Counted from the first letter of the stretch, positions 29,091 to 38,531 are shown. The stretch: 64,000 nucleotides of DNA from an uncultured virus (IMG/VR IMGVR_UViG_3300036045_000006) (IMGVR_UViG_3300036045_000006), one strand, 5' to 3'. Notes: generated by a model not told the origin, from the letters alone. Program-made: numbers and translations.

Positions 29091-29936
29091 TTACACTTTG
29101 CGCTCTAATGAGAGATAGATCACCTCGCCGGCCGCCAGGTCAAAGTTCCCGCGCGCCAGCTTCAGCGTGACCGTATCGCCGTCGGCATCATCCACCACCA
29201 CCGCTTTCCAGCGCCCCATGATCGACACGAAACTGGACTGCTTCGCCTCATAGGCGACCTGGTTCAGATGTTCGCGCAGATCGCGCCCGCGCAGTTCCTC
29301 GACCGGAACAACCTGCGTGCCCTGCAGGTGACCGGTATGTACGATCACCTCCAGTTGATCCGGGTCGCGCCGTGCCAGCTCGTCCAGCACCAGCGCCGCC
29401 TCCGGATCACTCACCCGGGTTTCGGCCAGTGTGCGCACCTGCTCGGACTGGATGCGGGGAAGGGCGGCGATCAGACCTTCCGCCTGCGGGGTCGTCAGTT
29501 CACGCCGGACCACCCGGTCCCGGATAGCGGGCGGCGCATCACGCAGGACCGTGGCCGTGCGCTGATCCACCATCTGCGTGGACGACAGCGCGCTGGCTGC
29601 CTGGATCGCGTCGGCCGACGTTGACTTGGCCGTCAGCGCGTACAGCGCCGTCTTCGTAAAATTCGCAAGGTTTGCGGATTCAGGATCGAACCGCCGGGCG
29701 ATCGCCATCAGATAATTTGCCATCCGGGTCTGACCCCGAAAATCGGTTCGTTCACTCCGCAGTCCCACCTGATCGCGCAGATATGCGCCCCAGGCGATGT
29801 CCTGCGCCTTGCATAGGGTTTTGGCCTCCAGGAGATTCCGGCCTGCCTCATACAGATCGCGGATGCTCCGATCCAGCCGCTGCCGGGTGTCCTCAGCCAG
29901 CCAAGCCAGCCGAGCCGTTTCGATGTCGGCGCTCAC
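29091..29936 (-). CDS. DUF3102-like hypothetical protein
   Basis: YEAGRNLLEAK...WGAYL...MANYLMAIARRF...TALYALT pattern. Confidence 0.55.
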   Translation of the reverse strand: MSADIETARLAWLAEDTRQRLDRSIRDLYEAGRNLLEAKTLCKAQDIAWGAYLRDQVGLRSERTDFRGQTRMANYLMAIARRFDPESANLANFTKTALYALTAKSTSADAIQAASALSSTQMVDQRTATVLRDAPPAIRDRVVRRELTTPQAEGLIAALPRIQSEQVRTLAETRVSDPEAALVLDELARRDPDQLEVIVHTGHLQGTQVVPVEELRGRDLREHLNQVAYEAKQSSFVSIMGRWKAVVVDDADGDTVTLKLARGNFDLAAGEVIYLSLERKV

Positions 29937-30136
29937 TCTGAAGCCGCCGACTGCCGCTTCTGGATAATTTCCTCAGCAGCCTTTACCAAATTGGAATCAT
30001 GCGTCTCAGCGAAGCGCCGCAGCGCCTCGCTCATCGACCGCACGCCATACCGACGGCGGAGGATGTTGAGCATTTCGCGAGTGTCTTCCGACAGCTGCAC
30101 GTTGATGTGGCGGTAAGGGCCTTCCTTGTGCGCCAT
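29933..30136 (-). CDS. Small ribbon-helix-helix-type regulator
   Basis: HINVQLSEDTREMLNIL...SMSEALRR. Confidence 0.6.
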   Translation of the reverse strand: MAHKEGPYRHINVQLSEDTREMLNILRRRYGVRSMSEALRRFAETHDSNLVKAAEEIIQKRQSAASE

Positions 30137-30361
30137 CTATCTGTCCTTTGTCTTCAGCTCAGCCAGGATTGAAGCCTGTTGAGACTGATACTCGCGCAGC
30201 TTGTCAGTGACCTCGGCAATATTGGGATGCAGCGTGATCAGCGCTTGGCGCAGCGTATCGGACACGTTTGCGGTGCCGTACATGGCCTTCAGCGTCATGA
30301 TCCACTCTCTGACATCGTCGTCAATTCGGACGGGCATTGTCCCCTCGCGTCGGCTTGACAT
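30137..30361 (-). CDS. Small ribbon-helix-helix-type regulator
   Basis: MPVRIDDDVREWIMTL...NVSDTLRQAL. Confidence 0.6.
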   Translation of the reverse strand: MSSRREGTMPVRIDDDVREWIMTLKAMYGTANVSDTLRQALITLHPNIAEVTDKLREYQSQQASILAELKTKDR

Positions 30362-30950
30362 TTGACGATCTCCATTCTACAATCTTCATTGTAAGTAGTC
30401 AACTCTACGCTTCTACCCGTAGAGCAGCTTAGAGGAACGCACAGATACGATGATACTACAGCGCTATGACGCTGCAAAAAGGGGATCGTTTTTTGCGAGG
30501 TCATCGCATTATATGATCGATTAACGCATTTCAAACTATATTGTGCATAAAATCAAACTCGCTTTCCAAGAGAATTTACGACATTCATAATCTTATACAT
30601 GGAGACATAATATCGCTGTGACAAGATTGTGACCATTTGGTATTAATTCTGCCGATAATAAAAACGAAACTTGCATGAAAAGCGCTTACGTCTCTATAGA
30701 CTTTATGGTATATTTTCTCAAAATTAACTTAACGTTTTTCATAATGACTTAATAAATTGATGCGGATGGGGACATCCGACCTAGCAGGTCGGGGTACAGG
30801 CGAGGGGCACATCAGCAGGCGCCAGGTGGGACGATGTGCGGATGGGCGGCGCGGCAAGGAGGGCACACACACACAGGAGGTTGCAGACAATCCGCAATCG
30901 TTAGATCATCTGTTCTGGACAACTCTGGGGTGATAGAATCAAAGAGGTTG
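30362..30950. promoter_or_regulatory. Divergent control region between maintenance and replication operons
   Basis: AT-rich; TCTAC/GTAGA repeats at about 30376-30424; LexA-type box GATCATCTGTTC 30904-30915 upstream of extended -10 TGaTAGAAT 30931-30939. Confidence 0.6.
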
Positions 30951-31186
30951 GCAATGCAGACAGAGACGGAAGAAACCCAACCCGCGCGCACGACGCAGTT
31001 CATGAGTCTGGCTGCAACCAGCAGCGCGGAATACGAGGCCGCCGAAACCACCATCGCCGAGATGGTCGACAGCGGCGCTTTTATCCTGTACCAGCGCGAC
31101 ATCACCATGGTGACCTACACCCGGCTGGATGGCGAGCTGGTCTCCACCGAAACGCGAACCATCGAGGTGCTGTTCGAGATCGAATC

Positions 31187-32581
31187 ATGACCGAGATCCA
31201 AGCCAACAACCTGGCCATTACCGCCGCGAACGTGCAGGACATGCGCGTTTTTGTGCCCGCGCTGCCGACAGTCGCGGACATCATGGCGCTCACCGAAATG
31301 GCCAAAGCCGTAGCCCTGTCGGGCTTTCTGAAGTCCAACAGCAGCGACATCCGCCAGCGGGTAGCCGATGCTTTCTTTGTCATGAAGTATGGCCACGAGC
31401 TGGGCATCCCGCCAATGGCGGCGCTTAACACCATCTATGTGCTCGACGGGAAACCATCGACATCCGGACAGGCGATGCTGGCGCTCCTGCGCAAAGCCAG
31501 CATCGACATCGAGCTGCCCAACCCGGGCCGGATCACCGACGCCGCCACCGTGCGCATCCGCCGTCCGGGCGGCCAGTGGCGCGAATACACCTACACCGTA
31601 GAGATGGCGAAGAAGGCCGGTTTAATCGGCAAGAAAAACTGGGAGAAGCACCGCGCCGAGATGCTGATGTGGCGTGCCGTCTCCACGTCCGCCCGGTTCG
31701 AGGCGCCGGACGTGATCCTGGGCCTGTACACGATCGAAGAGATTGCGCCCGATCTGGAGCTCGACGACCAGGGCACGCCCATCAACTACTTGGAGACAGT
31801 CACGGTTCAGGGCGGCGACTCTCCGTCCGAAAGCACGTCACCCCGCGATGTGCTCAACCGGACCGCACCCAACCGGATCGACACCACCGAACCACCGCCC
31901 GCGCCGGAGTGGCCCTCGCAGCCGGCGGTCGATGAACTGCTCAAACGGATCCGCACCGGCTTGATCCCCGACATCACCGACGGCGAGATTGCGCGGCTGG
32001 CCAACATCTCCTCGGTGAACGACCTGAGCCCGTCAGGATGGGGCAAGTACAGCAGCCGCGCCGCCGCCGCCACCGCGGTCAAGTCTGCGTTTGAATACGA
32101 AGCGCAGAACGGCAAGTCCAACAAGCAGACCTCCTCGGTCACCAAAGAGGACGCACCGTTCACCTGGAACGACTTCGACGAACACGCGATCGAGGACTGG
32201 CTCCACAAATATTTTGTGAGCCTGCGCCTGGATAACCTCGGCGAGGAGATCGGTAAGCCGTTGCGGGAGTGGAAAAACCCCGACGCGCTGAAGCAGGCCG
32301 TGACCAACATCGCGATCGCCAAGAAGCTGCAGCTTCGCGCCACCGGCGTGAAGTCCTACGATGGTAAGGCCATCGTGCTGGACACCGTGCCCGAGGTGCG
32401 GCTCTACGGCCGCGACAGCCTGCGCGCGCTGGGTGAGCACTGGAAAGCGCATGTCGATGCCTGGGAGGCGGGCAAGCCCGTCACGTTGTACTGCCCGGTC
32501 TGGGTGATGAGTTTCGAGCCCGGCGCTAACGGCACGTATTTCATGGCCAAGGCGGTCGCCAGCGAGGACATTCCGTTCTGA
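31187..32581 (+). CDS. recT: RecT-family single-strand annealing protein
   Basis: GHELGIPPMAALNTIYVLDGKP...AKKAGL...NWEKHRAEMLMWRA...PDVILGLYTIEEI; C-terminal EDIPF. Confidence 0.85.
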   Translation: MTEIQANNLAITAANVQDMRVFVPALPTVADIMALTEMAKAVALSGFLKSNSSDIRQRVADAFFVMKYGHELGIPPMAALNTIYVLDGKPSTSGQAMLALLRKASIDIELPNPGRITDAATVRIRRPGGQWREYTYTVEMAKKAGLIGKKNWEKHRAEMLMWRAVSTSARFEAPDVILGLYTIEEIAPDLELDDQGTPINYLETVTVQGGDSPSESTSPRDVLNRTAPNRIDTTEPPPAPEWPSQPAVDELLKRIRTGLIPDITDGEIARLANISSVNDLSPSGWGKYSSRAAAATAVKSAFEYEAQNGKSNKQTSSVTKEDAPFTWNDFDEHAIEDWLHKYFVSLRLDNLGEEIGKPLREWKNPDALKQAVTNIAIAKKLQLRATGVKSYDGKAIVLDTVPEVRLYGRDSLRALGEHWKAHVDAWEAGKPVTLYCPVWVMSFEPGANGTYFMAKAVASEDIPF

Positions 32582-33102
32582 TGAACGCGGAACTCCAACT
32601 GCTGGCCGAGCGCCTGGCCGTCGCCAGACAGGCGCATGAATACGCGGAACACCTGTACAAACAGGCTGAAGCGGAGTGGAAAGCCAGCGCGCCGATCGCC
32701 GCCATTCAGATGGCGCGAACCATCGCGTCCGACCAGAAGAAGATGATCGAAAAGCAGGCCCGCGAACAGATCGCGGAGGCCGCCGAGCGGGGTGACGATC
32801 TGGGCATGTACTTCGGCGTGCAGCGCCGGGTCACCGCCATCGTCCCGGATGAGGCGGCACTGATCGGTTGGCTGATCCGTGAGGCGCCGGTCATCGCGCG
32901 GCAGGTGCTGAGCATCGACATGGACGCGCTCTATAAACTCCTGGTCAATAACCAGGTCGAGCGCGACGGCACGAAGCAGATCGCACCGGCACTGGCGGAG
33001 ATGCCTGCCAGGATCGGCGAGCAGCTGACGCCGGTGATCCATTGGTCGAAACTTCCGGAACCCGCACCGGAATCAGACGTCAAAACAAACTCTGCGTCGT
33101 AA
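32581..33102 (+). CDS. Helical recombination-module protein (Gam/Gp157-like, tentative)
   Basis: Coupled to recT; coiled-coil N-terminus followed by a beta-rich part. Confidence 0.4.
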   Translation: MNAELQLLAERLAVARQAHEYAEHLYKQAEAEWKASAPIAAIQMARTIASDQKKMIEKQAREQIAEAAERGDDLGMYFGVQRRVTAIVPDEAALIGWLIREAPVIARQVLSIDMDALYKLLVNNQVERDGTKQIAPALAEMPARIGEQLTPVIHWSKLPEPAPESDVKTNSAS

Positions 33103-33159
33103 AGGCTTGCGCAACATGAGTCGATCGGTTATGCTAGGAGGTGCTTATGGCCCTATAAG

Positions 33160-33246
33160 CAGAAAAAGCCACGATAGGCTTTTAACTGCTTGTCACATTT
33201 TTTTTCACACATGGTTGGGGCACGTCCCCACGCGCCCGACCAACTA
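33160..33246 (-). ncRNA. Candidate antisense RNA to the rep leader
   Basis: - strand promoter TTGACA (33275-33280)-17-TAGACT (33252-33257); internal hairpin ~33213-33242; terminator 33164-33183. Confidence 0.6.
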
Positions 33247-33329
33247 TGCTCAGTCTACCGCAGCGGTGGAGTGCTGTCAAGTATTCCCCGCTGCCGGTCA
33301 CATGAGCGTTCTGTAAAGGCATGGAGGCA

Positions 33330-33413
33330 ATGAACACTGAACATCGCGACCAGCGCCCGGCGGAGGGCGGTTTAAAAATCATCCGTCTTGTTCCCTGGTG
33401 GACGCAGCCATGA
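33330..33413 (+). CDS. 27-aa leader peptide coupled to the replication initiator
   Basis: RBS GGAGG; MNTEHRDQRPAEGGLKIIRLVPWWTQP*; its TGA overlaps rep ATG 33410 (ATGA). Confidence 0.55.
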   Translation: MNTEHRDQRPAEGGLKIIRLVPWWTQP

Positions 33414-34612
33414 ATGCGGCAGCTGTCCAGGGGATGAAACCCAAACCTGTCATCGTCCCGAATTCATTCCAGACGCCGAACGCGCACGTCGATGACGTGA
33501 TGCAGTATCTCACCGGCGACGAGTTCAAGGTACTCAATTTCGCCACCCGGCACATCCTCGGATGGCAGGATTCGCTCAAGAAGAAAAGCCACTGCATCAG
33601 CCTGACGATGTTCGAGCACGGCTTTCTGACGCAGGACGGCCGGCACTTTGGCGGCACCGGACTGAGCCGTCCCACCATCGTCAAATGCCTGGCGCAGCTG
33701 GTGACCTATGGGCTGCTGGTAGCCATTGGGGATCCCGGCCCCGACGGGCAGTGTTACGGGCTGGGCGAGTCGCCCGACGTGGCTGCGCTCCAGAGCCGCA
33801 AAGCGGGGAAGAAGTCCAACGCGCGTCAGAAGATGGCGCCGGTGCGCGCCAGACGTCAGGTCGCCGCTGCTGGTCAATCCCATTTACCAGTTAATGACAT
33901 TAACCACCCATCCGATCCGGTTAATGCCATTAACCAGAAGGAGTTAATGCCATTAACCGATCCTGGTCAATGGCATTTACTGAATCAAACACACATAAAC
34001 ACACTAGAAACACACTCTTCTTTTGCGCCTGACGGCGCGCACACAAACGCGGATCCCCAACCTCCCGCGATCGCCGCGGAATCGTCGGACGCCTCTGGGT
34101 CTTCCATCATCCGGGAAGAATCGATCCCGGACGTGTCTGCTGCGCAGACACCTGTATTACCCGACGCCTCAGCGCCAGCCGACGAACCGCCCGCCTACGA
34201 CGTGTCGCACCAGGACATGATGAATGCCATCGTGTCGGCCTTCGAGTGGGAGCCTGAGGATATTGCCAAAGGCAAGTGGGGGGAGATCGCGAAAGCCTCG
34301 AAGGATTTGCGGAAGCTGAGGGTGGCGCTGGACGAAGTGGCGATCCTGCATACGTACTGCGCGCGCAAGTTCGACTCCTTTGGCCCGAACGCGCTCGCGA
34401 AGTGGACCGCGGACTGCCGGCGCGACCTGCGCAACGGGACCTTTAATCCTTACGAGGATGAAAATGAGGATGCCAGCGCGCCGTGGCATGAAGTATTCCG
34501 TCCGGACGCCGACGAAGAGACCGGGCCGGGCCAATACTACGACGCGGTGCAGCGCAACATGCAGTTCCTGCTGGCGCGAATGTCACCGGGAAAGGATCAC
34601 GGTCATGGATAA
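33410..34612 (+). CDS. Phage replication initiator (N-terminal wHTH, internal iterons)
   Basis: PNSFQTPN...YLTGDEFKVL...RHILGWQ...TGLSRPTIVKCL; directly upstream of DnaB. Confidence 0.85.
   Translation: MNAAAVQGMKPKPVIVPNSFQTPNAHVDDVMQYLTGDEFKVLNFATRHILGWQDSLKKKSHCISLTMFEHGFLTQDGRHFGGTGLSRPTIVKCLAQLVTYGLLVAIGDPGPDGQCYGLGESPDVAALQSRKAGKKSNARQKMAPVRARRQVAAAGQSHLPVNDINHPSDPVNAINQKELMPLTDPGQWHLLNQTHINTLETHSSFAPDGAHTNADPQPPAIAAESSDASGSSIIREESIPDVSAAQTPVLPDASAPADEPPAYDVSHQDMMNAIVSAFEWEPEDIAKGKWGEIAKASKDLRKLRVALDEVAILHTYCARKFDSFGPNALAKWTADCRRDLRNGTFNPYEDENEDASAPWHEVFRPDADEETGPGQYYDAVQRNMQFLLARMSPGKDHGHG
33872..33981. repeat. Five 17-bp palindromic iterons (GGTTAATG-N-CATTAACC), probable replication origin
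   Basis: Copies start at 33872, 33889, 33919, 33942 and 33965; an A/C-rich tract follows. Confidence 0.85.
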
Positions 34613-36041
34613 TCAAACTGCGCCTTACAGTCAGGAGTCAGAGGAAGCGGTGCTGGGCGCGATCCTGGTTAATCCCAGGGCGCTTATCCCGATTCGCGCC
34701 TGGCTGACCAGCGAGCATTTCTTTTTCGTCCGTCACCGCTATATCTATGACGCGCTGCTCGCGTTGCATGATGCGGCGGCGGCGATTGATTACGTCACCG
34801 TGGTAGATCGGCTACAATCCGTCGGACAACTCGATGCGATCGGCGGCCCGGCCTATATCACGCAGTTGATCAGTTTTACGCCTACGTCCATCCACGCCGA
34901 ACATTACGCTCGGATCGTCGAGCGGACCGCCGTCCGGCGTCAACTCATGGAGCAGGCCGAAAAAATTCGCGCGCTGGCCGCCGACCAGAGTAAAACCCTG
35001 CCGGACGTTGTGGACGAAGCCACCGCGCTTTTCACCAGCGCGACCGCGCCAACGGCCGCTGCCAACATCCTGACGCTCGAAGAAGGCCTTCAGCAGAATT
35101 TCGCGGAGGTCGAGCGCGCCTATCAGGAGTATGTCGCCAACCCGACCGATAACGACATCCTGGGATACCCCTGCGGGATTGCCAATGTCGATGCATTTTT
35201 CAAAGGGTTTCGCAAAGGCGAAGTCTATCTCTGGGCAGGTCGCACCCACATGGGTAAGACCGGCGCGATGCTCACCGTCGCGCTGGGAGCAGCGCGCATG
35301 GGCGCGCGCGTAGCCTTTATCAACGTCTCCGACGGCGATGAAGCCTCCATCATCAACCGGCTGATCTCGATGGAGATCAATATGCCGGCGGACCATATCC
35401 AGCATGGTCGCTTCAAAACGCCGGAGCAGTACCGGCTCTATGTCGAGGCGATCGGACGCCTCAGCAACCTCAAACTCTATGTCTACCACGAACTGAACAT
35501 CCCGATCGCCAAGCTGCGCAATAAGGTGCGCGCGCTTCAGCACGAGCACGGTCTGGATATGGTCTGCATCGACTACATGCAGCGCATCGCCGCGCCGGAG
35601 ATTCACGGAGACACCTTCAAGGAAATCAATTACGTTTCCAAGAAACTGAAGGAGCTGGCCAGCAGCAAGGAAGCCAATGTCAGCCTGCATGTTGGCGCGC
35701 AGCTCAACCGCGCGACCGGAACGGGTCGGCCCGGTCTAGAACATCTGAAAGGATCGGGCAACCTGGAAGAAGACGCGTCAGCGGTGGTGCTGCTGCACCG
35801 GCCCGGCTTCTATCAGAAGAACGCCGACAACCCCAACAAGACCGAGGCGATCGTGCCCAAGAACCGCGCCAACTACCGGCTCGGAACCGTGCTGCTCGAC
35901 TTCAATCCCATTTCGGGCGGCTTCCGCGACGGCAGCCATTACATCGAGGAAGAGGAGACCAAGCCCAGGGCGGCGCGCAAGATCATCCCGCTCAACCAGG
36001 ACGGCCGCCGGCGCGCGTCCGGCGAACGTGATGACGATTAA
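34605..36041 (+). CDS. dnaB: DnaB-like replicative helicase
   Basis: PYSQESEEAVLGAIL, Walker A AGRTHMGKT, CIDYMQ, AQLNR, LKGSGNLEEDA, KNR. Confidence 0.95.
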   Translation: MDNQTAPYSQESEEAVLGAILVNPRALIPIRAWLTSEHFFFVRHRYIYDALLALHDAAAAIDYVTVVDRLQSVGQLDAIGGPAYITQLISFTPTSIHAEHYARIVERTAVRRQLMEQAEKIRALAADQSKTLPDVVDEATALFTSATAPTAAANILTLEEGLQQNFAEVERAYQEYVANPTDNDILGYPCGIANVDAFFKGFRKGEVYLWAGRTHMGKTGAMLTVALGAARMGARVAFINVSDGDEASIINRLISMEINMPADHIQHGRFKTPEQYRLYVEAIGRLSNLKLYVYHELNIPIAKLRNKVRALQHEHGLDMVCIDYMQRIAAPEIHGDTFKEINYVSKKLKELASSKEANVSLHVGAQLNRATGTGRPGLEHLKGSGNLEEDASAVVLLHRPGFYQKNADNPNKTEAIVPKNRANYRLGTVLLDFNPISGGFRDGSHYIEEEETKPRAARKIIPLNQDGRRRASGERDDD

Positions 36042-36058
36042 GGATGTTATAACCCTTA

Positions 36059-36568
36059 ATGTCTTGCCATATTGACCAGATAATTAGCCTCTGTGATAAT
36101 GTGTCACAGAGAAAAGGGGCGCCTGTGTTACAACAGAATATGAGGTATATTATCGTGGGGCGGCAGCACAACATGCGTTATTCAGGGCGGTTTGTGGAGG
36201 CCGTCGACACGGTCCTGAAGGCTATCGAGTACCAGCCCAAAGCCAAAAATCACAGCGGCTACAGCGACGCGGTCCAGGCAGCCGTCGAGGAGTGGCTGAC
36301 CGACATCCGGAACGGTTTCCCGCCGACACGGCGGGAGGTGGAGAGGTTATACACCTACTATCGTAAGGCTTCGGCCGACGTGAAGAAAAACGTGTACTAC
36401 AACGACAAAATCCTGAACGGCCTGATGGAGATTGGGGAAGATCTCCGTAAGTACAATCAGGATGTCTTCACAAACCAGGACTTCACCGCGAAGTCCGGTC
36501 TCAATTTTTCGATGGTGGCCTACATGGCGGTCTGCAGGATGGCCGACAAAATCGAGGCGCGCGGGTGA
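36059..36568 (+). CDS. Hypothetical protein, possible regulator (start uncertain, possibly GTG 36155)
   Basis: ORF track; GAGG RBS before 36155; overlaps the methyltransferase start. Confidence 0.5.
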   Translation: MSCHIDQIISLCDNVSQRKGAPVLQQNMRYIIVGRQHNMRYSGRFVEAVDTVLKAIEYQPKAKNHSGYSDAVQAAVEEWLTDIRNGFPPTRREVERLYTYYRKASADVKKNVYYNDKILNGLMEIGEDLRKYNQDVFTNQDFTAKSGLNFSMVAYMAVCRMADKIEARG

Positions 36569-38484
36569 ACCGGTTCGCCGGTCCGATGCTGCGCAAGCTG
36601 GCCGAGACTTACCGGAAGGACGCCGCCCACAAGCTGCGTCCCTTCGGCCAGCAGTCGGAGAAAGTCGCGCACCTGGCCAACACTCTGGCTGACCTCTGGG
36701 ACCAGGATGCCGTTCCCGACGCGCTGAGAAAAATCGGCACGAAGGCGCAGCTGGAGGCGGTGCTCCGCCCGGTGCGCACCACCACGATCGAAACGGTCGG
36801 CGATCCGGATCAGGTCTGGGCGGCGGTGGCCGCGCTCGATCTGCCATCGGGCGATCTCACCGAAGCGGATCAAATCGATCTGCTGCGACGTGAAATTCTC
36901 CTCAAGCCCATCCCCGGGTTTTTCCCCACGCCGCCGATTCTCATCGACCGCATGTTTGTCCTGGCCGACATCCGGGACGGCGATCGAGTGCTGGAACCCA
37001 GCGCCGGACGCGGCGATATCGCGGCTGCCGTGCGCGCTATCCGTAAGCAGGTCACGCTGGATGTGATCGAGATTAACGTGTCCTTACGGCGCATCCTCGA
37101 AGCCCAGGGCTACACCATCGTCGCTACCGACTTCATGACCTTCTACGAAAGACGCTACGACGTCATCCTGATGAACCCGCCGTTCGAGAACGGTCAGGCG
37201 ATGGCGCATGTCCGCCATGCATATGACCTGCTCGAACCGGGCGGGCGGCTGGTGGCCATCCTGCCAAGCGGTGATCTGACGATGACCGTCGGCAAACGCA
37301 AGGCGTTTCAGGACTGGCTCGTCTCGCTGGAGACCGATCACGTCATGAACTACATGAATGACCGCGATGCGTTCCGGGACAGCGAAAAGCCCACTGCTGT
37401 GGCTACCCATACACTGCTGATTCGCAAGGCTTGCATATCGTCGGAGGCAAGTTTTGACGAAAGCGATCCGGTCGATTTCCTTCTGCGCGAAGGCACGCAC
37501 CTGGGCCGGAGTGGGGAGTTCGTCCATCTGGGCGCATACAATCCGGTATCGAGCTTATGGAAAGTCAGGCCCTATACTGCCGGAGCGAATGGCGATCCCA
37601 GCTACGGTAAACTGTTTTTCGCTACCAGCGCCCAGGTCATCGACTGGTTCCGTGAAGAGCCGACTGTCGCACTCACACCGGATCCCGAGCCGAAACCGCG
37701 CGCGACGGCGATCGATCCCTCGCTGCTGACGCTGCCAAGTGACTTCGCCGACATCCTCGACCAGGCTGCGATCGCTGATGAGATGATCGCGCAGCGGATG
37801 CCCGTGCAGGGCGAAAAGAAGGACCTTCTGTACGGCTCCTTCATGACGCTCAGACCCGCCATGCCGATGCCTGACCGCCTGTACCGGGCCCACTGCGCCG
37901 AACTGCTGGACCGGGTAGTGAGCGGCGAGGACTATCAGCGTCCGACACGCGCCGAACTGCTGGCCGCGATCCAGAAAATTTCGCTGGTCGTTCCCACCCA
38001 GGATAAGGCGGCGGCGCTGTACGCTCGGCTGTTCATCGAGTTGTTTCCTGATCTGGCCTTCCCGGAACTGGACATGCTGAAGGAACGCTTCCCCGGCGAA
38101 ACTGACGCGCTGCGCGAAGAACTCATGACCGAAGTTGGCAAAAAGATCGACCGCGACAAACCGGAGCCGCGCGCGCCCGGCAGCCCGCGTCCTCGCGATA
38201 CCGACGAGAGTAAGCCTGACGTATCGATCCGCGAGGACGTATCGCTGCATGAGGCGATAGAGAAGGCCGTCCACTTCGAGCGCATCTGCTACAGAGATAG
38301 CGATCACGATACCCGCTACGCGGCGGCGCTGGCCGAAGCGTACTACCAGCGTATCGCGCACCTGACGCGGCGTGTGCCTTATGTCAACCGGCTTGACATT
38401 ACCGCGACGGAACCGGAACCAACCCCGGCGCTAACCTCTGAGCCGTGGACGCCGCGCACGCAGCAGATGAGACTGCCATGGTGA
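36565..38484 (+). CDS. DNA adenine methyltransferase (NPPF type) with a large C-terminal extension
   Basis: FFPTP, VLEPSAGRGDIA, ILMNPPF, LEPGGRLVAIL. Confidence 0.9.
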   Translation: MNRFAGPMLRKLAETYRKDAAHKLRPFGQQSEKVAHLANTLADLWDQDAVPDALRKIGTKAQLEAVLRPVRTTTIETVGDPDQVWAAVAALDLPSGDLTEADQIDLLRREILLKPIPGFFPTPPILIDRMFVLADIRDGDRVLEPSAGRGDIAAAVRAIRKQVTLDVIEINVSLRRILEAQGYTIVATDFMTFYERRYDVILMNPPFENGQAMAHVRHAYDLLEPGGRLVAILPSGDLTMTVGKRKAFQDWLVSLETDHVMNYMNDRDAFRDSEKPTAVATHTLLIRKACISSEASFDESDPVDFLLREGTHLGRSGEFVHLGAYNPVSSLWKVRPYTAGANGDPSYGKLFFATSAQVIDWFREEPTVALTPDPEPKPRATAIDPSLLTLPSDFADILDQAAIADEMIAQRMPVQGEKKDLLYGSFMTLRPAMPMPDRLYRAHCAELLDRVVSGEDYQRPTRAELLAAIQKISLVVPTQDKAAALYARLFIELFPDLAFPELDMLKERFPGETDALREELMTEVGKKIDRDKPEPRAPGSPRPRDTDESKPDVSIREDVSLHEAIEKAVHFERICYRDSDHDTRYAAALAEAYYQRIAHLTRRVPYVNRLDITATEPEPTPALTSEPWTPRTQQMRLPW

Positions 38485-38502
38485 AATCTCAAGCGTAACG
38501 GC

Positions 38503-38531
38503 TTGACAAAATAATTATTTTGCGCGATAAT
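38503..38531 (+). promoter_or_regulatory. Sigma70 promoter with perfect palindrome CAAAATAATTATTTTG (family B)
   Basis: TTGACA-17-GATAAT; palindrome at 38507-38522. Confidence 0.85.

Noticed and set aside
33872..33981. Repeat array as a mini-CRISPR
   Set aside because: Repeats are 17 bp with 0-13 nt gaps, lie in frame within rep, and no cas genes are present; iterons fit better.
36092..36108. TGTGA-N7-TCACA as a CRP site
   Set aside because: CRP needs a 6-nt spacer; single occurrence.
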